Assembly: GCA_036504035.1 (NCBI GenBank)
Contig: DASXVV010000011.1
Coordinates: 9,611-73,610 of the forward strand
Source: Candidatus Deferrimicrobiaceae bacterium
Lineage (GTDB): Bacteria; Desulfobacterota; Deferrimicrobia; Deferrimicrobiales; Deferrimicrobiaceae
DNA: 64,000 bases
Reading direction: 5' to 3'
Numbering within the stretch: position 1 is the stretch's first letter; each line of letters begins with the position of its first letter. Position numbers and translations under genes: made by a program. This document shows, one piece after another, positions 1 through 9,617 of the stretch. The notes under the pieces are model-generated. The model saw only the letters and a list, made by a program, of their open reading frames with translations, made no database searches and had not been told where the DNA came from.

Positions 1-463
1 GGGACGACAGGGAAAAGCCGTCTCTCAGGAACAGGACCGCCAGGAGCACGCCGCCCGTAAGGCCCGCGAGGCCCGTCAAACCGGCCACCCCCCCGCTCGC
101 CGTGCGAAGCAACGCCTTGATCGGGCAGCCGATGAAGACCTCGCAGCCCAGCAGGATGAAGGCGCCGCCGACGAAATGGAGCAGCGTCGACGAGCCGCCG
201 CCGACCCGGAATTCCTTCGTGGAGAATGCCGCGAAGAAGGCGCCCAGCACGATGCCGAGCAGCTCTGGACGCAGGTAGCTTTGCGCAGCGCGCGCGTGAA
301 GCCCGATGCTTCCGGCGACGTTGACGAGGAAGCAGGAGGCGCACAGCCCGCTGGATGCGGGGTTCCCGAGAAGCGTCAGCGTCGCGGCCGCCAGCCCGAA
401 CAGGGCGCCCACGACCGCCAGCGACCACGCCTCCTCCGGATAGACCAGCAGCCGCCGGATCAT
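1..463 (-). CDS. Partial polytopic membrane protein, YeeE/YedE-like (putative sulfur-compound transporter). Only the N-terminal part is in the window; the gene continues past position 1.
   Basis: Reverse-complement translation from ATG at 463..461 gives MIRRLLVYPEEAWSLAVVGALFGLAAATLTLLGNPASSGLCASCFLVNVAGSIGLHARAAQSYLRPELLGIVLGAFFAAFS..., hydrophobic throughout with a conserved Cys-containing loop. Its ATG overlaps the stop of the upstream gene (ATGA). The ORF track does not list it because it runs off the window edge. Confidence 0.35.
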   Translation of the reverse strand, partial: MIRRLLVYPEEAWSLAVVGALFGLAAATLTLLGNPASSGLCASCFLVNVAGSIGLHARAAQSYLRPELLGIVLGAFFAAFSTKEFRVGGGSSTLLHFVGGAFILLGCEVFIGCPIKALLRTASGGVAGLTGLAGLTGGVLLAVLFLRDGFSLSS

Positions 464-861
464 CCGCAGCCCCCGTAGATGCGCCGGAACAGGAAGGAGG
501 CATCGGAGAGCGCCGCCGGCCCGGCATGGAGGCGTCCCGCCTTGAGATCCTTGACCCAGGCGTCGAGCCGGCGCTCGAACGCGCTGCCCAGGTAGCGGGT
601 GTCGGTCCGGTCGGCCAGCCGCGTGTCGGCCACGACGGCCGCCCGATATTGCGACAGCGCCGCGCCGACGTCCCCCCGCGCTTCCGCTTCCCGCGCCTTC
701 GACAGAAGCGATTGCGAAAACCCGGCATCCTGCGTCCTGCAGGCAGAGTCGCCGTCGACGGAAAGCGAAAAACGGCCGATCGCGGCCACGCGCCCCGCCC
801 CGGCCAGCGACAGGACGGCCAGCACCGCCGTCAGTCCCGTCAATTTACGCCCGTGCAACAC
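460..861 (-). CDS. Small secreted hypothetical protein
   Basis: 133-aa ORF with an N-terminal signal-like hydrophobic stretch (MLHGRKLTGLTAVLAVLSLAGAG). It is translationally coupled to the genes on both sides. Confidence 0.4.
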   Translation of the reverse strand: MLHGRKLTGLTAVLAVLSLAGAGRVAAIGRFSLSVDGDSACRTQDAGFSQSLLSKAREAEARGDVGAALSQYRAAVVADTRLADRTDTRYLGSAFERRLDAWVKDLKAGRLHAGPAALSDASFLFRRIYGGCG

Positions 862-881
862 GTCTATCGCCTCGCCGTCTT

Positions 882-1826
882 TCAGAATTTTTCGTAGGGG
901 GGCAGGTTGGCGCGACGGGCCATCCGCCTGAGAACGTCGAATTCTTCGTCGCGCGTGGGGGAATAACCGCGAACCCCATCCCTCTTTAATACGTTGAGAC
1001 GCTCGCCTTTTACTTCAGCGAAATCGCCGGGCGACAGCCGGAGCAACGCTTCCCGGAGCCGGTTGGCCTCTTTGGGGTCGAGCTGCGGCAGGGCGAAGAA
1101 GGTGCAGTTGGGAACGGGCGGGGATTTCGCGAGCACGCGGAAATCGGACATCCGCACCTTGCCCTCGGCCGACATCCGTTCGAGGTCGCCCACCTTGACC
1201 GCGCCGGCGTCGACCGCCCCGTAGAGGATCGAATAGACCACTTTCTCGTGCTGCCAGGCGCCGGGCAGGAAGGTGTAGCTGCCGAACAGTTTCTCGGGAT
1301 CGAGCCCCGCGGAGAGCAGCGTGTCGTACTGCGTCAGGTATCCGCCGGGCGAAAGGACGGGCCCGAAGACGATCTTCTTGCCGGCCAGGTCGGCCAGCGT
1401 GCGGGCGGGGGAATCGGAGCGGACCACGATGAGCCCGCCGGTATCGCGCCCCGTGTCGAGCTTTTCCTCGCGCGCGAGCAGCGTGCAGCCGACCTTCTCC
1501 TTGACGTTGACATAGATGTAGCCGTTGGCCTGGACGGCATCGAACCGCTTCTGCCTGGCCATCTCGACGAAATCGGTGGTGTTGACGTGGGATACGACGA
1601 CCTTGCGGCCGAGCTCCTTCTCGAGCCAGGCCCCGAGCACCTCGAAGCGCGCCTGGTTCTCCTCGAGCGAGTTGCACACCTGGAAGCCGATCCGCAAGGG
1701 GGGCTGCGGAGGGCGAAGAAGGGCCTTTGCCGAGACCAGCACGGTTCCCAGCAGAAGCAACGCGAATACGGCTTTGGATACTCTACTCAACCCGGACGAT
1801 TCCCAGACCCGGCACGACCTTGCCAT
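882..1826 (-). CDS. Periplasmic substrate-binding protein, PhnD/SsuA/transferrin-like family (ABC-type, phosphonate/sulfonate class)
   Basis: 314-aa ORF with a signal peptide. The overall sequence pattern fits PhnD-type binding proteins (LRIGF...TDF....G..D). A TTG at 1790..1788 would also give a clean signal peptide (SRVSKAVFALLLLGTV) and would remove the 44-nt overlap with the upstream gene. Confidence 0.55.
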   Translation of the reverse strand: MARSCRVWESSGLSRVSKAVFALLLLGTVLVSAKALLRPPQPPLRIGFQVCNSLEENQARFEVLGAWLEKELGRKVVVSHVNTTDFVEMARQKRFDAVQANGYIYVNVKEKVGCTLLAREEKLDTGRDTGGLIVVRSDSPARTLADLAGKKIVFGPVLSPGGYLTQYDTLLSAGLDPEKLFGSYTFLPGAWQHEKVVYSILYGAVDAGAVKVGDLERMSAEGKVRMSDFRVLAKSPPVPNCTFFALPQLDPKEANRLREALLRLSPGDFAEVKGERLNVLKRDGVRGYSPTRDEEFDVLRRMARRANLPPYEKF

Positions 1827-3459
1827 CGTGAACCGGAATATTTGTTGTCCCCTTGGGGGACCCGATCTTCGTGCCCTTCAGGACGACCGCTGCCGGACCG
1901 GACAGGTGGACCGCGTTGCGCCCGTAGCCGGCGATCTCGCCGCCAGAAAGGACCACGCTCCCCTTCGAGGCGCTGATCCCGTCGACCCGGCTTCCCGACG
2001 AACGGAATGACTCCATTGTAACATCGCCTTCGAGCAGCGAGAACGCGGCGAGCCCGGAATCGTCGACCGACACCCCGGTGATCCGCGCGGTCCCTTCCTG
2101 GACCGACAGCGGGACGTACATCCGCGAGAAGCGTCCCGGCCCGAAGCTCGCGCGGCTGTCGCGGAGCCGGATGCCGTACCACCCGGTGTCGCGCATCTCG
2201 ACCTTCGCCAGCGACACGGCGCTCCGGAACAGGTTGACGCCGGAGACCGCGTCGCGGACCGACAGCCCGTCGATGCGGACCGTGGCGTCGCGCCCGCGCA
2301 TGGCGCTTTGGACCTCATCGACCGAGATCCGGGCCAGCGACACCTCGGATTCCTGGAACTGCAAGCCCCGGCAGCAGCGGAAGATGCGGATGTCGGTGGC
2401 CGATAACCTGCTGAAGTGGGCGTGCAGCCCCCGATAGCTCCCGGCCACATCGACGTGTTCGAGCACGTTCTCGCCCTGGTCGCTCGCCATGAAGCTGATC
2501 GAATCCCACAGCCCCCGGGTGTCGCCCTCGGACGGGAAAAAGCCGATCGGCTTCTCTTTCGTGCCGCGCGCAGCCAGGTTGCCCTGGAGAAACAGGCCGT
2601 TCTCGCCGATGCCGTCGCCGTCCGTGTCGCGGAAAGTGAAGAAAAGGCGGGTGCCGGGCAAAAGCGTCAGCGTCGTTCCCGGCGCAACCCGGATGACCCC
2701 GTCGACGACGATGTCGCCCGAGAGCGTCCGGTCGTGGTCGATGAACGTGTCGCTCATCCGGGCGGCAGTCGACGGCGGCCGGGGGACGGCAAAGGAAACC
2801 GGGGGCGGCGGCGCGACGTCGGGATCCCACGCGACGGCGTCGGCCTCCTCGTTTCCCTCGGACACGAAGGATGCGGGGGCCGGGCCGGCGCCCGCAAAGC
2901 GGACGAATCCCACGCCGTTGCCGGCGGCCCGGAGCATTCCGGCCGGTTCGGTCCGGAGCCGCCCGCCGGGGAAGAGCGCGACGCCGGTGCGGCAGTCGCC
3001 CACGGACAGACGGCCGGAGACGGCGGCCTCTCCGCCAGCCAGCACCGTCAACCCCGCTTCGGCGCCGGTGATCGCACCGCCGGAAAACAGGGCGCGGCCG
3101 CCGTCGACCACGATCCCGCCGGTGCGCCCCGGAAAGCGGAAAGCGGCGTTGTCGGCCGCGAGCGTGCCCCGAACGACGATCTCGACGCCCCCGTAGAAAT
3201 ATTCGGGATCGACCTTGGTGGAATCGCTCCGGTCGAACAGGAAGACCGTTCCGGGCGCCGCGGACAGCGTCGCACCGGGAAGCACCATCACGTCGTCGGT
3301 GACATGGACCTCTCCCGAGACGCGCGTCTCCCCCGACAATTTTCCGGAAAGGGTTCGCCCCGCCGGGCCGACGCCGGGCGCCTCTGCCGCGCGGGATGCC
3401 GCGGAGACGAAGAGCAGTGCCGGCAACGCCAGCGACGCGGCGACGACGCGGAAGCGCAT
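1783..3459 (-). CDS. Secreted right-handed parallel beta-helix repeat protein
   Basis: 558-aa ORF with a signal peptide (MRFRVVAASLALPALLFVSAASRA). Gly/Ser/Thr/Val/Asp-rich beta-strand repeats (repeated LSGG.., VVDG.., ITG.. segments) typical of pectate-lyase/NosD-like beta-helices. It overlaps the upstream gene by 1 nt (TGATG). Confidence 0.5.
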   Translation of the reverse strand: MRFRVVAASLALPALLFVSAASRAAEAPGVGPAGRTLSGKLSGETRVSGEVHVTDDVMVLPGATLSAAPGTVFLFDRSDSTKVDPEYFYGGVEIVVRGTLAADNAAFRFPGRTGGIVVDGGRALFSGGAITGAEAGLTVLAGGEAAVSGRLSVGDCRTGVALFPGGRLRTEPAGMLRAAGNGVGFVRFAGAGPAPASFVSEGNEEADAVAWDPDVAPPPPVSFAVPRPPSTAARMSDTFIDHDRTLSGDIVVDGVIRVAPGTTLTLLPGTRLFFTFRDTDGDGIGENGLFLQGNLAARGTKEKPIGFFPSEGDTRGLWDSISFMASDQGENVLEHVDVAGSYRGLHAHFSRLSATDIRIFRCCRGLQFQESEVSLARISVDEVQSAMRGRDATVRIDGLSVRDAVSGVNLFRSAVSLAKVEMRDTGWYGIRLRDSRASFGPGRFSRMYVPLSVQEGTARITGVSVDDSGLAAFSLLEGDVTMESFRSSGSRVDGISASKGSVVLSGGEIAGYGRNAVHLSGPAAVVLKGTKIGSPKGTTNIPVHDGKVVPGLGIVRVE

Positions 3460-5289
3460 CAGTTCACGGCGGGGGCGAACCGGAGCACGGCCGGCGTGAG
3501 GCGGCCTCCCCGGGCCTGGACCACGACGGGGCCGATGCGTTCTTCCCCTACGCCGCCGGGGACGCCGGGGACGGACTTGCGCAGGAACGCCGCGAACTCG
3601 CCCTCCCCCGCCTGCGACACGGAAAACGCGCCCTGCGCGGAAACGACCGACGAACGCGCCAGCGGACGTCCGATCGTCTCTCCGGGACGATAGAAATAGA
3701 CGATGTACCCCTCGGCCGGAGAACCGCCGAGGGAGGCGGTCCCGGAGAGGAGGTTTCCCTCGGCGGAAGCCTCGGGATTTCCGGATGCCTCCTCCTGGCC
3801 GAGGTAACCGCGCTTCTCGAAAAGCGGAATCTCGAGATCGGTCACGGTCGATGCCACGACCTCGACCGGAGCATCGGGCCAGACGCCGAACAGCCCTCCC
3901 TCCTCGACCACGCCGATGACGGCGCCGCCGGGACGCTTCCGGGCGGCGGGCAGGTATTTCCCCGGGCGGAGGACCAGCAGCGCCGCACCCGTGGCGCCGG
4001 TCAGCGCCGACGCCTCCCCGGGCCCCCGGAAGTCGGGGGAATCGGGACGGAAGGCCTGGACGGTGGCTCCGGCGACGGGAATGCCGTCGAGCGTGACGCG
4101 CACGAGAAACCCGGACCGATTCGCGGCGGCAGCGCGCACAGTCTTGCCGGCCGGCGCCAGGATGGCGGGCAAGGCAAGGACGGCGCGCTCCCCCGCCTCG
4201 ACCGTGACCGGGTTGCGTCCCGGAAAAGCGAACAGCGACCCGGGACCTGTCCCCTTGCGGCCCGACACGAACCAGCGTCCGGGCGGTACGGGGAGGCGAT
4301 AGAGGCCGTCCGCGTCGGTGACGGCGCTCGCGGCGAAATCGTCGGGGAAAAGCCCGTCGGCGGGCGACGCCAGCGCACGGACTTCGGCGCCGGGAACCGG
4401 CGACTGCCCCCGGACGAAGACGCCGCGAATCTCTGCGCCGGTTGCGGGCGGAAGCGCGAGCATCGGCGCAAGCTTCGCCCGGCCGATCCCCGGAAGGCTG
4501 CCCCCGTCGTAGATTTTCGTGCGGGCGGATTCTTCATTGCGGGTGCCCCACCAGTTGCCGCCGGCATCGATGTCCTCGGCGTGGAGGTCGCCCAGCCGCA
4601 GGTTGAAGCGGCGGTTGGCGTAGATCGCGTTTTCGCGGATGAGGGATGCACTGTCCTTCGAGTGCAGGAAGATCCCGTCGCCGTTCCCGTAGACCAGGTT
4701 GCGCCGGATCTCGTTGCGGCAATCGCGGAAGTTGATGCCTCGGATCTCGTTGCACGTGAAGACCGAGTCTTCGATGCGCACTTTCGAGTTGCCCATCCGC
4801 ATCCCTTCCTCGTTGTCCCGGAACGTGCAGTGCGAGACGGAGAGCTCCGAGAAATGGGTGTGGAAGGCGTAGCGGGCGCCCTCGAAGATGCACCATTCGA
4901 ACCGACTGCCCGTGCTGAACGTGAACAGCAGCTTGTCCCATCCCCCGGCGAAGGCCTTGCCGCCGGACGGGGAAAACAGGATGGGCGCGTCTTCGGTCCC
5001 GGCGGCGACCACGCGACCTTCGATCTTGAATCCGCCCCCGACGAACCCTTCGTGCTCCTCGCCCGCCGCGTACGTGCGCGGCTCGAACAAAACCCGCGTC
5101 CCGGGGGCAAGCGTCAGCGTCGCCCCCTTGCGGACGTGGACGATGCCGTCGACGCGGACGTCGCCGTGCCATTCGGTGTCTTTCTCGATGACGACGACGG
5201 AGGGAACCGACGGCCCGCCTTTCGGGACATGCGCACAGGCAGCGAAAGTAAGCGCCAGCGCGAGAACCGTCAGGACACGCAGCTTCATC
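3459..5289 (-). CDS. Lipoprotein made of a parallel beta-helix domain followed by carboxypeptidase-regulatory-like (CarbReg) domains
   Basis: The true start is MKLRVLTVLALALTFAACAH (lipobox), not the R-rich N-terminal extension of the 750-aa ORF. The N-terminal half (KDTEWHGDVRVDG...GNWWGT) is paralogous to the 16904-17773 protein. The C-terminal half carries CarbReg-type repeats (LPVPPGRWFVSGRK...). Its ATG overlaps the DUF362 gene stop. Confidence 0.55.
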
Positions 5290-6235
5290 CCTCGGCGATC
5301 CGCCAGGCGGAGGGGGACGAAAACCAGAGGCCGGAATCGAGCGCCTTCTTGAGGTGGGCCACGTCGGCCGCCTTGAAGCCGAAGATCCGGTCGGCGGCGG
5401 CGAGATCGGCCGCCAGCGCGTTCCCCGAGGCGAACACGGTGTTGAACGCCTTGACGTCGGCCAGGTTGCCCCCGGACGGACCGTTCCGGAGCAGCACGCG
5501 CGTGGCGTCGATCACGGTCAGGCGGGCGGGGATGCGCCGCTGGAGATCGACCAGGCAGTCGGCCAGGTTGAAGTGAAGCTGCCCGCGGTTGCCGCCCATG
5601 ATGCCCATCATGTTTTTCAGCCCGAGCGTGATGCCCGCCAGCGAGTGGTGCTTGGCGACGGGGAGGTTGATGATCTTGTCGGCCTCGAGCGCGTCCCGGT
5701 AGAGTTCCCATTCCTTCATCGCCGTCGCTCCGGGGATGACGGTGCGGACGAACTTGCGATCCTCGACGTGGTAGATCTGCACGCTCCGCCCGGCGCCCGA
5801 CTTGGCGGCAAATCTCTCGACGGCATCCTGGATGCCGCTGTTGACGTAGCAGCGTCGCGGCTCGTTGCAGGTGCGGTCAAAGACGCGCACCGACTTTGCC
5901 CCTGCGGAAAGACACAGCTCGGCGACGGCGACGACCAGCTCCGGGTCGGTGTCGGCGGCCTGCTCGGGCTTGCGGTCCCAGCCGATGTTGGGCTTGAGTA
6001 CGACGACGTCGCCGCGCGAGACGAAGGCGCCGATGCCGCCGACGGCCGCGATCGCGCGACGCACATTGGCGGCGACGCCCGGCCCCGACGCGGCCCCCAC
6101 GACGGCGCCGCCCTTCGGATGCGGCGCGGGTGCGGCCTTGGCAAACGCCGGGATCGACCCCGAGGCGGCGGCCAGCCCCGCGGCCCCTCCGGCCAGCTTG
6201 AGAAAATCGCGTCGATTCATTCCGCCACGGTCCAT
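5285..6235 (-). CDS. Tat-exported DUF362 domain protein
   Basis: 316-aa ORF with a twin-arginine motif (NRRDFLKLAGGAAGLAAA). The DUF362-type core (VVLKPNIGW...NPELVVAVAELCL.AGA) is shared with the paralog at 15942-16877. Confidence 0.6.
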   Translation of the reverse strand: MDRGGMNRRDFLKLAGGAAGLAAASGSIPAFAKAAPAPHPKGGAVVGAASGPGVAANVRRAIAAVGGIGAFVSRGDVVVLKPNIGWDRKPEQAADTDPELVVAVAELCLSAGAKSVRVFDRTCNEPRRCYVNSGIQDAVERFAAKSGAGRSVQIYHVEDRKFVRTVIPGATAMKEWELYRDALEADKIINLPVAKHHSLAGITLGLKNMMGIMGGNRGQLHFNLADCLVDLQRRIPARLTVIDATRVLLRNGPSGGNLADVKAFNTVFASGNALAADLAAADRIFGFKAADVAHLKKALDSGLWFSSPSAWRIAEG

Positions 6236-6266
6236 GCGTACCCTTTCGTGTCCGGCGCGCCGCGCC

Positions 6267-8009
6267 TCAATCGGCGCCCGCGACCGGACGACGCTTCAAG
6301 ACGGGGGAGACGGGGATCTTTTCCTTGGTTCCGGGGTTGCGGAAGTCGCGCAGCTTCGGTTTGCGGCCGCCCCAGTAGTTACCCGACAGATCGAGACCGC
6401 CCTTGGCCCAGTCGCCGATCTTGGCGTCGACCTCCAGGTTCTCGATCCGGCACCCGTTGATTTTACCACCCCCGGCGCCGTCCCTGTAGAAGAGCCCGGT
6501 CCGGTTCCCGGAGATGACCGAGGCCGTGATGCGCGGACCGCCATCCCAAAAGCGAAGACCGATCTCGTTGCCGACGATGCTGCAGCGGTCGAAACGGGCC
6601 CCGGTGCCCTTGAGCCGCGCCCCGCCGCCGTTGCCCCGGAGCGTCGTCCGCGCGATCGTCACGTCGCCGTCGTGGATGTGCAGCCCCCAGAGCGCCCCCT
6701 CGAACAGCGCGTATCGGATCACGACGTCGGCCTCCTTCATGAAGACCTCGTTCCAGGGGCGAGCGGGGTCTAACCGGGCGAAGCGGACGGGCCTTCCGCG
6801 CTCGCCCTCGACGCGAAGCTTGCCGAACACCTTGAGGCCGCCGTCGGGAACACCCGCCTCCCCGTGCTCGTCGCCCGAGAGCAGCACCACGGTGCCGGGG
6901 CGGATCGTCAACGTCGCCCCCTTCTCGACCGTGACCGGCTCGGTGATCTTTACGGTGCCTTCCCAGCTCTCTTCGGCGGAGATCGAGCGCCCGAAGGCCG
7001 CGGCGTCGCCGGGACACGCGAAGGACAGGACGGCCGGAATGAGGAGCACGGCCGCCCCGAGTGGGGCGGCGCGCCTGGCCTTGCGAAACAGGTCGATCGA
7101 TAGGGAAACGCCGAACAGGAGCGCCCCGGCCCAGAACCATGGAGCGCCCGGCTCGCGCGTCATCTGCAGCCCGATGACCCGGCTGCCCGTCTCGTCGGGC
7201 CTGGCGACGGTCAGGCAGAAGGTGAAGCCGCCGAACGCGCCCGGGTGGTTGATCCGGATCTCTTCGACCTCGGGAGCGATTCCCGGCCGCACGAATCGGA
7301 CGCGAGCGACGTATTCGGCGATTTCGGGATCGGCCCACGCGACGGGAACGACCGTGAATCCGCCGGGCGCCGACGCTCCCGACGACCCGGTCCGAATCCC
7401 CGTTACGCGGAGGTCGCCGAGCGAGGCGTCGAACGTCAGCGCCTTCCGCGAGATATCGAAGCGGCGCGGAACGACCGTCAGGCCGGTGCCCGGGACGTCG
7501 AACGGAACGCCTTCCCGGACGTGAAACGGCCCGTGCTTGCCTCCGGATGCATCCCGGATGCCGATCTGGAGGTCCATGGGATGGTATCTCTCGGTGTATC
7601 CGAGCGCCTCGACCGTGAATGGAAAGGATTTGTCGACATTGTCGCGCCAGTCGAAGTACGCCGCGGAGCGCTCCCCGACCCGATAAAGCTGCGTCCCGAC
7701 GAATGCGAAGCGGGCATCGACGACGAGGCCCGCCATCAGCATGACCAGGCCGGCATGCAGCCCCAGGAAGACGGCGGCCCGGAAGCCCCGGAACTGACCG
7801 GTTCGCAGACGGGTGAAGGCGCAACAGGCGACGTTGAGTGCGAGGAGCAGCGCGGGTGCGAGAAACAGGGGGGAACGATAAAGGTTGATCGAGCCCTGGC
7901 TCGCGAACGAGGTGGCGCCGGTGTAAAGGAATGCCCCGACCGCGCCAAGCGCCGCCAGAACCAGGCACAGGGCGATGGTCAGCCGCGTCGACGAGAGGAA
8001 CCGGAGCAA
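6267..8009 (-). CDS. Fusion protein: ResB/CcsB-like N-terminal membrane domain plus C-terminal parallel beta-helix domain
   Basis: 580-aa ORF. The N-terminus (MLRFLSSTRLTIALCLVLAALGAVGAFLY...INLYRSPLFLAPALLLALNVACCAFTRL) resembles ResB family N-termini. The C-terminal 250 aa carry beta-helix repeats with a GNYWGG motif like the other beta-helix paralogs. Confidence 0.5.
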   Translation of the reverse strand: MLRFLSSTRLTIALCLVLAALGAVGAFLYTGATSFASQGSINLYRSPLFLAPALLLALNVACCAFTRLRTGQFRGFRAAVFLGLHAGLVMLMAGLVVDARFAFVGTQLYRVGERSAAYFDWRDNVDKSFPFTVEALGYTERYHPMDLQIGIRDASGGKHGPFHVREGVPFDVPGTGLTVVPRRFDISRKALTFDASLGDLRVTGIRTGSSGASAPGGFTVVPVAWADPEIAEYVARVRFVRPGIAPEVEEIRINHPGAFGGFTFCLTVARPDETGSRVIGLQMTREPGAPWFWAGALLFGVSLSIDLFRKARRAAPLGAAVLLIPAVLSFACPGDAAAFGRSISAEESWEGTVKITEPVTVEKGATLTIRPGTVVLLSGDEHGEAGVPDGGLKVFGKLRVEGERGRPVRFARLDPARPWNEVFMKEADVVIRYALFEGALWGLHIHDGDVTIARTTLRGNGGGARLKGTGARFDRCSIVGNEIGLRFWDGGPRITASVISGNRTGLFYRDGAGGGKINGCRIENLEVDAKIGDWAKGGLDLSGNYWGGRKPKLRDFRNPGTKEKIPVSPVLKRRPVAGAD

Positions 8010-8028
8010 CGGGGCTGCCGCCGCCGGG

Positions 8029-8673
8029 TCAGATCAGCTTGCGAGACTTGAGGAACTTCCGGGCGACCGTCTTCGGGTCGGAAGCGCCTGCTTCCCGCAC
8101 GAGCGTCGCCATCGTCTCGTTGTCGAGGACGCCGCGCAGCTTCCCGAGAAGCTTGGGGAGCGCCGGAAACTTGGAGAGCGCATCCTTGCAGAGCATCAGG
8201 CCGGCCGGTCCCGGCTTTTCGCCCGCCCGACCCTTCTCGGTGAAGTAGCGGTCGTATCCGAACGGCTCGAGCCAGACGACATTGAACTTGCGGTTGAGGA
8301 TCTCCTTGATGCGGGCGAAATTTTTCTCTTCGTCCTGGGACGGCGCCTCGCCGCCCCACTTGCGGAGGACGACGCCGGAGTAGTCGCTGTAGATGCTGAT
8401 CTTGTCGGTGCGCATCGCCTCGAACGCCTCGTCGCGGGTGGCGAAGCGGGTCAGCTTGACGGTCGTGCCGGTGCGCTCGTCGATGAACACGGCCAGCAGG
8501 TTGGCGACCATCACCTGGTCGGGGCTGTCGTAATGCCCGATGAACAGGGTGCGGCCGACGCAGGCCGACGCGCGGCCGGGGACCGAGGCCGAGATCGCGC
8601 ACGCGAGGGCGACGGTCAGCGCAACCGCCGAAAACCAATAGGCAAGTCTTTTCAACGTCTCCTCCGAAGTCAC
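8029..8673 (-). CDS. Secreted hypothetical protein, possibly an OpuAC-like (glycine-betaine-type) substrate-binding fold
   Basis: 214-aa ORF with a signal/anchor sequence. The motif KISIYSDYSG resembles the OpuAC signature e-ID-iYpEYTG. This is a weak assignment. Confidence 0.3.
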   Translation of the reverse strand: MTSEETLKRLAYWFSAVALTVALACAISASVPGRASACVGRTLFIGHYDSPDQVMVANLLAVFIDERTGTTVKLTRFATRDEAFEAMRTDKISIYSDYSGVVLRKWGGEAPSQDEEKNFARIKEILNRKFNVVWLEPFGYDRYFTEKGRAGEKPGPAGLMLCKDALSKFPALPKLLGKLRGVLDNETMATLVREAGASDPKTVARKFLKSRKLI

Positions 8674-8676
8674 GGT

Positions 8677-9555
8677 TCAGAACGAATAGTGGTGCGGGCA
8701 GTCTTCGTCGAATATGCGATGGTAGCCCGACTCCATGTCGGGGGTGAGCCACGGAGTGATCCCCCCGAGCGCATCGATCAGGTGGCGCTGGCCGACCCGG
8801 ACGTTTCCCCCTTCGACCGCAAGGATCGCCGCCTTGCGGCAGATGTTTTCGATATCCCAGCCGGTGCAGCCGATGGCCAGCCGGGCGACCTCGCCGAAAT
8901 CGACCGCGGGGTCGATCGGCATCTTTTTCGTGTAGATGCGGAAAACCTCCTCGCGATCCTGCGCGGACGGCGGGGCGACGAAAATCTTCCGGTTGAACCG
9001 CTTCTTCTCCTTGATGGCGGCCTGGTCGACCACGTCGATGCGGTAGCAGGAACCGACGAGACGGACGGCGGGCACCTCGAGCAGCCCGTCGATCAGCCGG
9101 AGGAACTTTTCGGTGAACGCCATGTCGGCGAAGGTGGGCGGCTTGGCGCGCAGGTTGCCCGGGGACCAGGAATAGTCGGCGCCGGCCCGGGGGCAAAGCC
9201 AGTCGATGTCGGAGATGAAGAAGACGCACGGGGCTTCCCGGACGGCGATCTCGAACGCTTCCTCCATCCGGTCGATCTTGCCCAGCATCTCCTGGCCCGA
9301 GACGTAGGCGTAGGTGACGCCCGCCTCGGTGGCCGCCGCCTCGGCCAGCATCGTGATGCCCTGCCCCAGCGGCCCCCAGACCATGACGCCGGAGGGCAGC
9401 TCGACGCCCATGCGGGCCAGCTCGTCGCGGCGGGTCAGCGGAAGGCAGACCATTTCCTTCATCTTTTCCTTGGGCCCCGCGAGGCCGCCGATGTCGGCCC
9501 AGGACAGGCGCGGGTCGCGCACCTCGTAGAAAACGTTTTCAAGCCGTCTATGCAC
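8677..9555 (-). CDS. AAA-family protein with degenerate nucleotide-binding motifs (pseudo-ATPase)
   Basis: 292-aa ORF that aligns to the AAA module of FtsH/VCP-type proteins. Walker A is GPLGQGIT where GPPGTGKT is expected, so the Lys is lost. Walker B is FFISDID where hhhhDEID is expected. Confidence 0.55.
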   Translation of the reverse strand: MHRRLENVFYEVRDPRLSWADIGGLAGPKEKMKEMVCLPLTRRDELARMGVELPSGVMVWGPLGQGITMLAEAAATEAGVTYAYVSGQEMLGKIDRMEEAFEIAVREAPCVFFISDIDWLCPRAGADYSWSPGNLRAKPPTFADMAFTEKFLRLIDGLLEVPAVRLVGSCYRIDVVDQAAIKEKKRFNRKIFVAPPSAQDREEVFRIYTKKMPIDPAVDFGEVARLAIGCTGWDIENICRKAAILAVEGGNVRVGQRHLIDALGGITPWLTPDMESGYHRIFDEDCPHHYSF

Positions 9556-9617
9556 GGGAGTCTCCGTCTGATGACAATCTTTATATGATACGTCCGGGGC
9601 GGGCGGAATTCTACATC

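Noticed and set aside
2416-5576. Long plus-strand ORFs (2416-3693, 3396-5576, 3916-4302) antisense to the beta-helix genes
   Set aside because: The translations are Arg/Gly/Pro-rich and low-complexity, with no domain pattern. They are typical alternative-frame ORFs of about 70% GC DNA and sit opposite well-supported minus-strand genes.
6463-7968. 501-aa minus-strand ORF in an alternative frame of the ResB-like gene
   Set aside because: Extremely Arg-rich (RRR, RGR runs) with no start context. The overlapping 6267-8009 frame has a signal peptide, TM helices and beta-helix repeats.
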